From the NCBI GenBank assembly GCA_044892525.1, contig CM097885.1, positions 6,698,001-6,762,000 on the forward strand: a DNA stretch of 64,000 nucleotides, written 5' to 3'. Under the pieces are notes generated by a model that was not told the DNA's origin, ran no database searches, and saw only the letters and a list, made by a program, of their open reading frames with translations. This document shows positions 1-13,900 of the stretch, in pieces. The position numbers and the translations under genes are program-made. Positions within the stretch are counted from its first letter, which is position 1; each line of letters begins with the position of its first letter. Source of the DNA: Schmidtea polychroa. Taxonomy: Eukaryota.

Positions 1-180
1 GAAGATAATTATGATAAATCTGAAAATTATGTCAAATATGAATATGTTCCTGAAAATTATGTTGAAATTAATAAGTTGTTATGAAAATAATTATTGAATA
101 GAAATAATACTTTGAAAATATTAATTGTCAAACATAGTTTGCATTGAGCACGCAACTACTCTCTTTGATAATAATAATAC

Positions 181-258
<78 letters not shown>

Positions 259-441
259 TGATAATAATATTTATGATATCTCCCATATTTTATACCTCTG
301 ATAATAATAATATTACAATAAATTATATATGTATTCCGATTATTATGCCGTTTTATAATTATTATGCGATAAAAATGGCTTAAGAATTGTTTATAAAGAC
401 ATTAAATATAAATGCAATATTTTATTAATATTTAAATCTAT

Positions 442-2136
442 TTGATATATATTTATAATTCATCAGGTAAATTATACCCACGCTACTGCATGTCATCAAA
501 TGATCATACAAATATATGCCATAAAAATATGAAAAAATACTACGGCCATAGATTCTATGGCATCAACTACTTTATATGTCCAATATGCGAGACTTCCCAA
601 AGCATTAAATATATAGAGTTTTATAATATTCACAAATCACATTTAAATCGGTTCTCTTTAAATAAAAAGAAATTGTTTATTAAAATACAACAATCAACAC
701 ATAATACTACAAAACACCTAAATACAAAACCTATAAATTATAATACAAAACATGTAAATAATAATGTAAATAATACTAATCTAAATACTAAAATAAATAA
801 TATTCTAAATAATAAAGAGCCTGCTGTTAGTTTTAGGTATTGTGTTCCCTCTACAATTACTAAAATATATCAAATAAGTGATTTGAATAATATTCAAATA
901 GGTGGTTCAGTAAATAATTAGATAGGCGGTTCGATCGACATTGACGACGAACCTGAAATTGAGATAGATTTTAAGGGTGCACGAAAAAATTTACGATTTA
1001 ATGTCGATAAAGATAACTTGGTACAAGTTTTCATTACAAATAAGATGACAAATAAATTAATTTCCGAAATAAACGGTATGGGCACAGTTAAAATTCAGTT
1101 CACCGTTTTAATCCAGTTTGAGAAAGATGGGGAAATTAGAGATAATTTTTTCTCTAATAATGCAGAGGTTTTTTCAGATAATTTTTTAATGAATGGAATC
1201 ACCAGATTAAATAATAAAATTGAAAAATTCACATATTTGGGTAGCGGATGGCGGGTGGTTAAAATCAAAGAGATAGATTTTATCTTAACTAAATATACAC
1301 ATATGAATAGGCAAGCTGGACATAGTTATATACCCACCCCATCAGCTTTAAATTCTAAAAAAGCAATAGTAAACGTCAAAAACACCGACGATATGTGCTT
1401 TATATATAGTATTTTAGCACTTTTAAAACGTAATGTTGTACATATAAATAGAAATAGAGTTAGTTCCCATGAAAATTATCTTGACGAGTTAAATTTTGAC
1501 CCTATAAGTGATTGTCCCATGAAATTGTGCGACATCCCTAAATTTGAAAGGAAAAATAAGGATTTAAATCTATCAATAAATGTTTTAATTTATAAAAAGA
1601 CCCCAGCTAAGCCTTATGAAAATGTAATTGACGATAATTATATTCCACATCATCCTCAATTAGATATTATTCACCGATCTAAGGTTATAGGTGGTGAACC
1701 CATATACTTACTTTTATTAGAAGACGGTGATAATTTCCATTATACCGCAGTTTTTAACTTACAAAAATTAATGAACTCACACCCTAACAGTGAATGCAGT
1801 GTTAAAATTAGAGTGAACTGGTGTCCCCATTGTCTCAATGGTTTTCGACATGAAAAAGCATTTAACGTACATGTTGCACTATGCAAAAAGAACCAGATAG
1901 GTACTATTTTATATACCATACCTAAAGAGAAAAATTTAATTTTTCAAAATTATGCGAAGACCATAATTCCACCATTCGTGGTATATGCCGATTTTGAGGC
2001 AATCTTGCCTGAAGACATCACCCATCACCAAAAACATATGCCAATAACAGCAGGCATGTTATTAATTAATAATTATAATAATACTAGATTTTATTATGAG
2101 TTTGTTGGTGATGATTGTGCGTTGTCTTTCTTGCGT
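442..2136 (+). pseudogene. 5' part of a divergent Polinton pPolB (Zn-finger N-terminus, terminal-protein/vOTU-like region, start of exonuclease), truncated
   Basis: ORFs 442-921 and 1018-2223 are one frame interrupted by TAG at 919-921 (inside a QIGGS repeat). Motifs NVKNTDDMCFIYSILA, FHYTAV, WCPHCLNGF and PPFVVYADFEA parallel pPolB at 11958-15047. Sequence switches to a TRAF fragment at ~2137. Confidence 0.85.
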
Positions 2137-2851
2137 AACCATTTCCTCATTCAATTCTTCTATTTCTGCTCTGTTCTCCGCCTCTTTCCTTTCAATATTG
2201 CACAATTTCACCTACAATCATAAATATCAATTAAATTAATTACAAATAAAATTTACATTGATATTATCAACTTGTTGTTTGAATTGCGTCATTTCTCCTT
2301 TCAATTCGATAATTTCGTTACGCAATTTCATATTCTCATCTCATTGCTTGCATCTCATTGCATAAATTACTGATCTGATCAATCAATAATTTGCTGTGGC
2401 CTTCATTGTTCTCATTGAGATGGGCTTTCATTTCGTCTTTTACCACCTCATTCATTTCACATCCAATTCTATTGAATGGGCATCTGATTGGCTACTTGTT
2501 GCATGTTCTTATATGGCTCTCCATCATGCACAACTCGGTTTTGAATTCACAATTTTGCATTGGACATTTTACAATGACTTCAGATATTTTTAAATTCACT
2601 GAATGATCCACAGAAAATTCTTTAGTGAAAAGAATCGTTAGAACTTCACAATATTTTGCTGCTCCTGGACAGAATTTATCTTTTCCTTCCAAATAATGCT
2701 CAATGCAATCAGAACAAAAGTGACACCCGCAAGGAGCTTGGCAAGCTTTTATCATTAAACATTTGCAAATTCTGCACATCAATTCATTGCTGATTTCATT
2801 ATCAAATTCAAATTTATTTCTCTTCATCATTTCCCATATGCTTGAAAACAT
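2137..2851 (-). pseudogene. TRAF-like (RING + TRAF Zn finger + coiled coil) pseudogene, 3'-truncated
   Basis: CRICKC..QAPCGCHFCSDC RING and CPMQNCEF. Near-copy of the gene at 47227-48692 but with CAG>TAG at 2492-2494, a small deletion near 2340 and no MATH domain. Confidence 0.85.
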
Positions 2852-4843
2852 TTTATCTAAAATTAACAAAATTTTCAACATTTAACAATTTTCACAAATC
2901 ATACTTATTATATTAATTATTTCCTCTGACGTTTACAATTTCAATATTTATAATTTGTATTTTAATGTAGATAAACAAACAATTTATAAGTATTTCAGCT
3001 TCGAGCGTAATTTGAAATTTTATTAATGTTAATTTTCATTGTTTTTTTGTTTGTTTGAAATCTTACAAAATTATTTAAATTAAAATTTGATAACAAAAAG
3101 TAAAATTTTGATGGAAATTTAAATAACAGAAAATCAAAATTAAAAATAGGTCAAAATATAAAAATTAATATTTTTCATAAAAAATTAAAATTAAAAAATA
3201 TTAATTTAAAGAATTTTATCTAAATTTAGAATTTATTTGAACAGATTAGAAAGAAATTCAAAATCATCAGAGCAAAAATAGAAATTTAACAAAAAATCAA
3301 TATTGTTAATTCAAATACTTTTTAACAAAATAAAAAAAAATTTCATTCAATTTTTAAAGAAAAAGATTTGAATAAAATTTTACTCTGTAACGCTAAGCAG
3401 GTTAATAATGTATTCAGGAATTATGGGGTTTTAGCCTTTGATCTAATGATCTCGTTATGGTTATAAATATTGGGAATGATCCACAATTGGATAAGGATAT
3501 TTCAATGATCCAAATATTAGAATAGAGTAAAATAAATAAATCAATAAACCTAATATGTGAAAATGTTAAAAATCGAAATATTTTGTCAGACTCGAATGTT
3601 TCAAATCAATAATTGTGAAAATAAATAAATTATTAAAACATTCATAAATCATAATTATAAATAATAATTATTTCCTCTTAATTTTGAAATTTCTATATTT
3701 AAAATGTTTTTATAGATAAACAAATATTTTATAAATATTGGTTTTTTAATGTTAATTTTTCAGTGTTTTTCGAATTTATTTGTAACTTAATTTCCAAAAT
3801 TTTTGTAAAAAAATAAAATTAATATTTTTTAAAATCTAAGAAAATTATTTAAATCAATATTGTTATTGAAATTTAAATGTTATTGAAAATATTTTTTAAT
3901 ATGAAAATGCAAATTTTTAAAAAGATTTTGACTACAAAATGGCTACGTCTAGGAGCGGAAGGAGATGAAATGTGCCCAAATGTCATTTATAAGTTAAGCA
4001 AACAATCCAACAAACCATAATTAATAACCACCAGAATCTGTGGGATCAATTGAAGAAAAATACGAGATTTATTCATGTGCATCCAACAGTAAGGTTATAC
4101 TGTTATTTATGGATTTTATATTTATGCAAATTTCTTTAATTTTTACATTTTACTTCCTTGAATTCATAAAATTAATAATTTTCACTAGAGCAGGTCACAG
4201 GCATTGAGAGAAGTGAAACATTTAGGTTACGAAACGAACTCATATCATGACCAGAAATTCCGAATTTTTTTATTAATGATATAAAAATGTAACTAAAATT
4301 TAGTTTTGAATTTCAGAGTGAGTTGAGTTAGAATCGTATGACAATATGAAACCCAGGAATTGTTCACTGAGACGCAGAAAATATATGCCAAGAAAGAGTT
4401 TAGACTAGAAGAGAGTGAGTTAGATATTGATGGCAGCGGCGTTAACATCAATCAGGAATGAGTGGCGCAACTACTGTGATAGCTGATATAGCCGTGCTGT
4501 GGGGCCCGACCGACCATAAAATCCAAAAATTATGACGAGTTTAGCACGGGCAGTCAGTCAGAAGGACGTGATGAGATGCAATAAATTTCTAGTTACGAAA
4601 TTAACATTATTGACATTACAAACGAAATTCGATTGTTGTTTAGCTGTTCTTCATAATATATTATGAATATGTTCTTACTGTACATCCTGTTTTGTGCGTA
4701 ACATGAAGTCAATTGTTTATTTGGTAAATGCCTGTTATACGATGTTTTAAATTAATTAAAAACTCATTAAAATGTTTAAAAGTGCACGCTTCAAATTGAT
4801 TTTATAAATGTTCAAGGATTAGTAAACTGTAATAAAACAAAAG

Positions 4844-5317
4844 CGCTGCAACCTGTTACTTTTTTCAACGTTGTATTTCCAAATGTATTTCTCTTTAGAT
4901 TTCTCCTTTTTTCCTAATAAAATACTTCGAAAGTGACCTCATTTAATGTTTTACAGGATGAACATCCTAATAGAGAGCATTGATAAATATAAATCTGATC
5001 AAGAAAACAAAAGATATAATTGAATTTGTTTATCTTCTGGTTGTGCTCACAAAAATTTTTCAAAGTGTGAATATTATATCAAAAATTGCTCTAGGCTGAT
5101 AAAATTGACTTAATGAGTGTTTGAACTCTGCTTAAAATTATGTTTGAACTCATGTCAGCATTCAGGAACAATTCAAATGAATACTATATTGCCAAGGAAA
5201 TGGCAGTCTCTCTTGCCCACCAATGGTGTGTAGAGACATATTTTGGCTTACCGGTTTAGAGGAATGCGGGTTGTGGTAAATAAATTTGGCATACGGCCAT
5301 CACAGATGATGATCTAT
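4844..5317 (+). mobile_element. Degenerate hAT (ZMYM1-like) remnant, paralogous to 27127-28047
   Basis: Direct nucleotide similarity to 27127-27224 and 27700-28047, where hAT motifs are readable. Confidence 0.55.
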
Positions 5318-5561
5318 AGTAGGTAGATAGTGGCCCACTGCCGCAACCCTCCCTCCCCCTTGCGGCATGTATTTTTTTGCGGCAACTTTTTTATTACGCA
5401 ATTTTTCAGACTATAGTGAGGGGGTCTCGATGGTCCTGGGATTTTCAATACAAAAGGCGGTTTTCAATAAAAAAGCGTGGTAATTTAAGGTCTCAGGATA
5501 TTTTCAATACAAAAAGCTGGTCTACACTAAAAAAGCATGGATTTTTCTAGGTCAATTCAGG
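5318..5561. mobile_element. Orphan Polinton terminus (AGTAGGTAGATAGT type)
   Basis: Starts AGTAGGTAGATAGTGGCCC and continues with subterminal sequence matching 9031-9130. The paralogous site at ~28047 (..ATCTAT) is empty. Confidence 0.75.
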
Positions 5562-6584
5562 AGTAGGTAGTTAGGAGCCCGCTGCAGCAATAGGGGGGGG
5601 GGTAAAATATTTTGCAAAATTTTGATTGCATAATTTTTGCCGTAGACATTTTTTGATTACATAATTGCTGCCATACGCTCCAATGTTTTTTTTCTGGGAT
5701 ATTAAATACAAAAATTTTTTTTTTCAATAAACAAGCCAAGGATAAATATTATTTGGGTGGGTCTCCTTGGTTCTGAGAATTTCAATAGAAAAACGTAGTC
5801 TTCAATAAAAAAGCATGGATTTTTCAGACTATAGTGAGGGGTCTTCTTGGTCCTGAGAATTTCAATAGAAAAGGTGGTTTACCTTAAAAACGCATAGTAA
5901 ATTTTTAAAATAAAGCCAATTATGGGTCTAAAAATTAAATTACAGTAAATTATAGGTTAAGATTTTTAAATTAAAGTAAATCAAGGTTCAGATTTTTTTT
6001 TGAATTAAAATAAATTATGGGCTCAAATTTTTGAACTACAGTAAATTATGGGCTAAGATTTTTGAATTAAAGTAATGAATGGGCTCAAATAACTAAATTA
6101 AGGTTCAAATTTTTAAATTAAAGTAAATAATGGTTCAAAATTTAAAATTAAAGTTAATTAAGGGCTCAACTAAGTAAATTAAGGTTCAAATTTTTAAATT
6201 AAAGTAAATAATGGTTCTAAAAAATTAAAATAAAGTAAATTAAGGTCCTAAGAAATTAAATTAAAGTAATGAATGGGCACAAATAACTAAATTAAGGTTC
6301 TAAAAAATTAAATTAATTAAGTTAATTAAGGTCCAAATTTTAAAATAAAGTAATCAATGGTAAAAAATTAAAGTTAAATAAGTAAATTAAAGTAAGATTT
6401 TTAAATTTATTAACAAAATAATAGTAGGTGTTTGAGAGTTGAAATTTTTTAATGAAAATTTTTATGAAATAATTTTTTAAGTAATTTTTAATAGAAATTT
6501 TAATGAAATATTTTCAATGGTAATTTTTAATGGAAATTTTTATAGAATAATTTTTAAGATAAGTTTTAATGAAAATTTTTATGA

Positions 6585-6652
<68 letters not shown>

Positions 6653-8087
6653 TAATAATAATAATATATCAACCAAATACTATACAACACATAAAAAATT
6701 AACTAAACACATAAAAATAACTAGACACATAACAAACATAAAAATTTACCAAACAAATAACAAATGTAAAGATATAAACTTTTATTTAAATAAAAATTAG
6801 TCCTCATCAGACAAAATAACGTCATCGATATCGATATCATCTTCTCCAAAATCTTCTCCAACTTCTGCTTCATTAAATTCTTCCTCATCTTCTCCATCAA
6901 ATTCTTCTCCAACATCTTCTCCAACATTTACTCCAACATTTTCTCCAACAATTTCTCCAATATTTAATCCACTTAATCTTACATGCCATATGCAAGACTA
7001 GTATTTTTCCCCACCCAAACCCTTTTGTCATCTTTGTTAGTAAGTGCTATTTTTGTGTTTTTAATTGTAAAAATTTGATGATTTTTGCTTGTTATTTTAG
7101 TCTGAGGAACCGAAAAAATCTGATTAGTGTTATAACAATCCAGGTATGACTGATGTTTTATGTCACTACCTTTCAATGTTACACCTTTAGCCTTTTTTGT
7201 TTCCTCATCACCCAACAAGCTATAACATTTAGGTCTAAGAAAAACCCATTCCTTATATTTAAGACCTTTATTCTCGTCTTTGAACTTTCCAATGACAGAA
7301 TCAAGGTTCTTACTATATAAGGAATGACAACTATTGTAATTGGAAGTATCTAATAAATTATCTCGAATCATTGCAGTTAAAAGAACCTCAAGTTTACAAT
7401 TAATGACTTCGAGGAAAAAAGAATCTGTATCACCTGCGACGATATTAATTTTACAATTAAACTCATTGCGAAATGATTCCAGATCCTTATATTGCAATTC
7501 ATACATTCTAAGTTTAGATAAATCAAGTACAGATTGACCAATGTAACTTGGTCTATCTAAACATATAGAATCTGAATTCAATAATGCAGCGATTAAATTA
7601 TCATCTATTTTAATTGATTTTTTAAAAGTAGGCTTTGACGAATATTTAACTAATTTACCGGCAGCTGTACAAAGACGAAGATTCATTCTTCTCTTTAAAT
7701 TTTCAACTGTTTTACCGTATAAACTATTATTTAGCAATTTATAATAATTTTTATCCAAGTTATTTATACTTTTTGATCTTAAATCAGTATTTGTATCAAT
7801 GTATTTTTTAAAAATTGGAGATTGCTTAAATCTTACACCCTATTTACACGTGTTACTTTAACACCAAGTTCCAAATATAATTTTAATAATCTCCAATGAA
7901 TCACATAATTAGATTTTGGAAGATGAGTTATTAATAATTTTTCAACCTTAGACCCAGCAGGTTTCATTTTTTCAGCAGCTACAGGGAAATCATCCAACTT
8001 ATCATGAAGCTCAGAAGGAATTACAAGATCAACTTCAAGAGTGTATCCATAAGACAAAGATTCAAGATTTAAATTCCTACATTCATC
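5562..8087 (-). mobile_element. Truncated Polinton (TIR + 3' end of pPolB)
   Basis: Terminus AGTAGGTAGTTAG at 5562, AAAGTAAATTA-type subterminal repeats, pPolB C-terminus. Cut at 8087 by the next Polinton. Paralogous to 29785-32330. Confidence 0.85.
6797..8087 (-). pseudogene. pPolB C-terminal fragment
   Basis: KLLNNSLYGK (motif B), AGDTDSFF (motif C), LRPKCYS, KAKGV. Frameshifts at ~7840 and ~6985. Acidic tail ends SDED*. Confidence 0.9.
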
Positions 8088-8623
8088 AGTAGAGGGATAG
8101 CGGCCCACTAAACCAGCGGCCCTCTAGGACAAAGACATACCCCCTCCCCTCCCCCGCCATTTTATTTTTTTTTCAAGGTCAAATTTTAAACAAAGACATA
8201 TGACTCATCAAGGTCACTGAAACAAAGACCATGACTCACCCGATGACTCATTCAAGGTCATATGACTCATCCGATGCCTCATTCAAGGTCATATGACTCA
8301 CCCAATGACTCATTCAAGGTCATATGACTCATCCGACGACTCATTCAAGGTCATATGACTCATCCGATGACTCATTCAAGGTCATATGACTCATCCGATG
8401 AGTCATGCTAAATTTTTTAAAATTTAAATTCTCAGAGTTCCCGCCAATGGTTTTTTATTATTTAATAGCTCATTCGAAAGATATTTGAATGGTGAGTATT
8501 TGAGACCATCGAAGGTCTATGGAGGTTCAATAACCTTCAAAGAGTTCAATGGTATTGGTTACACTCAACAGCTCACAAGGGTATTATTATTACTATTATT
8601 ATAATTATTATTATAATTATTAA

Positions 8624-8714
<91 letters not shown>

Positions 8715-8754
8715 ATTATTAATATTATTTTTATTGTTATTATTATTATTATTA

Positions 8755-8851
<97 letters not shown>

Positions 8852-8859
8852 TTTATTAC

Positions 8860-8939
<80 letters not shown>

Positions 8940-10795
8940 TTTATTTAAAAAATGTTTAAACTTGAAAACTATCACATGTTTTCAAAATAATAATAAAAAT
9001 ACAAATATTAAAATTATTATTACGATTATACTGCTGCCGTAATTTTTTTGCTGCAACTTTTGATTACGCAATTTTTCAGACTATAGTGAAGGGGTCTCGA
9101 TGGTCCTGGAATTTTCAATACAAAAAAATTTTTTCAATACAAAAACGATGGTCCTGGAATTTTCAATACAAAAAAATTTTTTCTATACAAAAACGATGGT
9201 CCTGGGATTTTCAATACAAAAAAATTTTTTCTATACAAAAACGATGGTCCTGGGATTTTCAATACAAATAAAATTTTTTCAATACAAAAAGGTGGTCTCA
9301 CTAAAAAAGCATGGATTTTTCAGACTATAGTGAGGTGAGTCTCTTGGTCCTGGGATTTTCAATACAAAAAAAAATTTTTCTATACAAAAACGATGGTCCT
9401 GGGATTTTCAATACAAAAAAAAATTTTTCTATACAAAAATCCGACTACCAATAAAAAAGCATGGATTATTCACGCTATAGTGAAGGGGTCTCGATGGTCC
9501 TGGGATTTTCAATACAAATAAATTTTTTTCAATAGAAAAAGGTGGTCTAATCTAAAAAAGCCAAGGATTTTTCAGACTATAGTGAGGCGGTCTCGATGGT
9601 CCTGAGATTTTCAATACAAATAAAATTTTTTCAATACAAAAACGATGGTCCTGGGATTTTCAATACAAATAAAATTTTTTCAATAGAAAAAGGTGGTCTA
9701 CACTAAAAAAGCCAAGGATTTTTCAGACTATAGTGAGGGGGTCTCGATGGTCCTGAGAAATAGGTGGTCTACACTAAAAAAGCCAAGGATTTTTCAGACT
9801 ATAGTGAGGCGGTCTCGATGGTCCTGAGATTTTCAATACAAATAAAATTTTTTCAATACAAAAACGATGGTCCTGGAATTTTCAATACAAATAAAATTTT
9901 TTCAATACAAAAACGATGGTCCTGGGATTTTCAATACAAATAAAATTTTTTCAATAGAAAAAGGTGGTCTACACTAAAAAGCCAAGGATTTTTCAGACTA
10001 TAGTGAGGTGAGTCTCCTTGGTCCTGAGAAATAGGTGGTCTACACTAAAAAACGTGTTAAATTTTTCAATTAAAGTAAATAATGGTTCTAAAAAATTAAA
10101 TTAAAGTAAATAATGGTCCTAAAAAATTAAATTATAGTAAATAATGGTCCAAATTTTAAAATTAAAGTAAATTATGGTCCTAAAAAATTAAATTAAATAA
10201 TGGTCCTAAAAAATTAAATCAAAGTAAATTATGGTCCTAAAAATTTAATTAAGGTCCTAAAAATTAAATTAAAGTAAATTAAGGTTCTAAAAATTAAATT
10301 AAAGTAAATAATGGTCCAAATTTTTCAATTAAAGTAAATAATGGTCCTAAAAATTAAATTAAAGTAAATTAAGGTTCTAAATTTTAAATTAAAGTAAATT
10401 AAGGTTCTAAAAAATTAAATTAAAGTTAATTAAGGTCTAAATTTTTAAATTAAGTAATCAATGGTAAAAAATTTTAAATAAGTAAATTAAAGTAATAATT
10501 TTTAAATTAAGTAATCAATGGTAAAAAAAAAAATTTAAATAAGTAAATTAAAGTAAGATTTTAAAATTTATTAACAAAAAATAGAAGGTGTTTGAGAATT
10601 GAAATTTTTTAATGAAAATTTTTATGGAATAATTTTTTTAAGTAATTTTTTAATGGAAATTTTTATGGAATAATTTTTTTTTAAGTAATTTTTAATGGAA
10701 ATTTTTATGAAATATTTTTCAACGATAAATTTAGATGGAAAAATTTAAGATAATTTCAATGAAATATTTTTCAAAGTCAAATGAAAATTTAAATG

Positions 10796-10839
<44 letters not shown>

Positions 10840-10914
10840 TATCAACCAAATACATAAAAATGAACTAGACACATAAAAATCTACCAAATAACAAATGTAA
10901 AGATATAAAATTTA
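8088..10914. repeat. Left terminal inverted repeat (~2.8 kb, with internal tandem arrays)
   Basis: Block-by-block reverse-complement match to 24275-27126: 31-bp array, (TTA)n, GGTCCTGGGATTTTCAATACAAA array, AAAGTAAATTA array, CAACCAAATACATAAAAATGAACTAGACAC. Confidence 0.9.
8198..8407. repeat. 31-bp tandem array CATATGACTCATCCGATGACTCATTCAAGGT (about 5 units)
   Basis: Directly visible. The mirror array of about 7 units is at 26743-26982. Confidence 0.9.
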
Positions 10915-13900
10915 GTCAATAAAATTAGTCCTCATCGGACAAAATAACGTCATCGATATCGATGTCATCTTCTTCATTAAATTCTTCCTCATCTTCTCCA
11001 TCATTTGTCCATCATTTTCTGAAACATCTTCTCCAACATTTTCTGAAACATTTTCTGCAACAATTTCTCCAACATTTTCTCCAATATTTAATTCACTTAA
11101 TCTTACATGCCCATATGCAAGACTAGCATTTTTCCCCACCCAAACCCTTTTGTCATCTTTGTTAGTTAGTGCTATTTTTGTGTTTTTAATTGTAAAAATT
11201 TGATGATTTTTGCTTGTTATTTTAGTCTGAGGAACCGAAAAAATCTGGTTAGTGTTATAACAATCCAGGTATGACTGATGTTTTATGTCACTACCTTTCA
11301 ATGTTACACCTTTAGCCTTTTTTGTTTCCTCATCACCCAACAAGCTATAACATTTAGGTCTAAGAAAAACCCACTCCTTATATTTAAGACCTTTATTCTC
11401 GTCTTTGAACTTTCCAATGACAGAATCAAGGTTCTTACTATATAAGGAATGACAACTATTGTAATTGGAAGTATCCAATAAATTATCTCGAACCATTGCA
11501 GGTAAAAGAACCTCAAGTTTGCAGTTAATGACTTCGAGGAAAAAAGAATCTGTATCACCTGCAACGATATTAATTTTACAATTAAACTCATTGCGAAATG
11601 ATTCCAGATCCTTATATTGCAATTCATACATTCTAAGTTTAGATAGATCAAGTACAGATTGACCAATGTAACTCGGTCTATCTAAACATATAGAATCTGA
11701 ATTCAATAGTGCTGCAATTAAATTATCTGCTATTTTAATAGATTTTTTAAAAGTCGGTTTTGACGAATATTTAACTAATTTACCGGCAGTTGTACAAAGA
11801 CGAAGATTCATTCTTCTCTTTAAATTTTCAACTGTTTTGCCGTATAAACTATTATTTTGCAATTTATAATAATTTTTATCTAAGTTATTTACGCTTTTTG
11901 ATCTTAATTCGGTATTTGTATCTATATATTTTTTAAAAATTGGTGATTGCTTAAATCTTACACCCTATTTACACGTGTTACTTTAACACCAAGTTCTAAA
12001 TATAATTTTAATAATCTCCAATGAATAACATAATTAGATTTTGGAAGATGAGTTAATAATAATTTTTCAACCTTAGACCCAGCAGGTTTCATTTTTTCAG
12101 CAGCTACAGGGAAATCATCCAACTTATCATGAAGCTCAGAAGGAATTACAAGATCAACTTCAAGTGTGTATCCATAAGACAAAGATTCAAGATTTAAATT
12201 CCTACATTCATCCATTATTTTATCAAATCCATCAAGAACCCAACAAAATTCGCCACAAGGTAATGATTGACTTAAAGCCCACCCATAAAGATTATTAATA
12301 TCTATATAAAGTAACTCGGTGTTCTCGTCGGTTTTTACGTAATGCTTATTCACAAAAGTAAGACCGCCTCTTATTCCACCCTCATAAAAGCTAAACATTT
12401 CGTTTTCAGTTATGAGTTCAATTGGTTCATTTAAAGACATTAATGCAGAAGACCAAGACATGCCTGGAATTCCGAAATAATTCAAAGGTTCTAATCTATT
12501 GTGAGCAATTGATTTCAACCTAAACTGATGAAAGAAATCAGCCAAAAGAAAACAATCAAGTTTTAGGTAGATCATCATATAATCTAATAAAGTTCTGCAA
12601 TTAGATTCTACCCAAATCTCCTGAGCTTTTTCATACTCAAGCTCAGTGACACCCTCCCAGATTGGTGGTAATTCATACGTAGTTTGTAGAACATCTAAAG
12701 AAGTGGCGAAATTATAAGGGAAGATTCCTTTTTCACTTACTATGGTGCCAGAAAAAGCAGAATTAGTAAAAGGCAAAGAATTCAAAGTTTTGACTGCTTT
12801 AGCCAAAGAATCATTGACAAATTGATATGAATCAATGAATCTTAGGCTAATTTTGCCTATATGAGCAATCAAAGATATAAATTTTTCCGTAGTTATTGGG
12901 ATGCACCCTAAATTCCAATTTTTAAATTTATTTAATCCATATTTAAGTATATGATGCATATCGTATCCCTTCAAGTTGTGAAATACGATAGGCAAAATTT
13001 TATTTATTTTTCTATTTACGTTACATGTGCTACAAGCTGCACCCAAGTATTTGCCCGTAAAATGATCGTGATCTCTAACAGGATCCACGATAGATTTCAA
13101 ACAAAGATAACAAACCGTTGAATTAATGAATTGTTGTTGCTCATTTTTAGTTAATTTAATCATTGGTTTCCTACCCATTTTATAATAAAAAGGAAGAACC
13201 TTATTTAATGCTATATCCTCTATAGCACTTAAAAAACTCTCGACGCAATCTAAACCTATGAACTGCTGATAAGATTTAGATCCGTCAAAGTTATTTACTA
13301 GTAAAAGACCGGCAGATATTGGCATGTGTCGCTGAAAATGATCATTATCACAAGGTAAAATAGCCTCAAAATCGGCATAAACTACGAAAGGAGGAGTTAC
13401 TGTTTTCGACCAGTCAGTAAACTGTAAGAATTTATTTTGAGGGAAAGTATAAAGAGTAGTTCCTAATTGATTGCGTTTGCATAATATTTCATGTTTTTCT
13501 AGTGCGTTTCTATTTTTAAAACCATTTAAACATCGATGACACCATATTGATTGTATGCGTGTAGGACAACTAGTGTTTATGCGGCAATTCAGTAACCTAT
13601 TTAAATTGCTTATAGCAATGTAATGGAAATTGTTCCCTTTATTTAATAAAAGTAAATTAATTACTGTTCCATTTAAAACTTTGGAACGATGTATAATGTC
13701 TAAATGGGGGTGTTTTAAAACGTAATTATCTATTAATTGTTTGTTATTGTCATAAGAAAAAACATTAATTATTAAACCAGGATTTTTGGCCTCGAATTTT
13801 CTAATATCTTTTAATTTCATTGGTAAGTCTAATGGATTATATATTAACTCAGATAAATTATAACTAGATGTCCTATTTCTAGCATAACTACTAACCTCAT

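Noticed and set aside
144..383. Poly-Ile/Asn/Leu/Tyr ORFs (also 6517, 8734, 26105, 26204, 50292, 54798-55864, 59154)
   Set aside because: Translations of (AAT)n microsatellites.
1018..2223. Intact 401-aa gene or a pPolB-TRAF fusion
   Set aside because: It is a truncated pPolB running into the antisense strand of a TRAF pseudogene, so the tail is junk read-through.
7833..8108. 91-aa ORF starting MGRYPST
   Set aside because: Chimeric read-through from the TIR tip into the interrupted pPolB.
9086..10050. Regular repeats in the TIRs resembling a CRISPR array, and ORFs 9086/9100/25797
   Set aside because: Tandem subterminal repeats without unique spacers, eukaryotic context, no cas genes.
11918..11960. 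Normal-sized intron (GTAAGA...TATAG) to explain the pPolB break
   Set aside because: The 40/42/51/60-nt candidates do not restore the frame, would delete conserved RFKQSP..YID residues, and the AG is absent in the 7800 copy.
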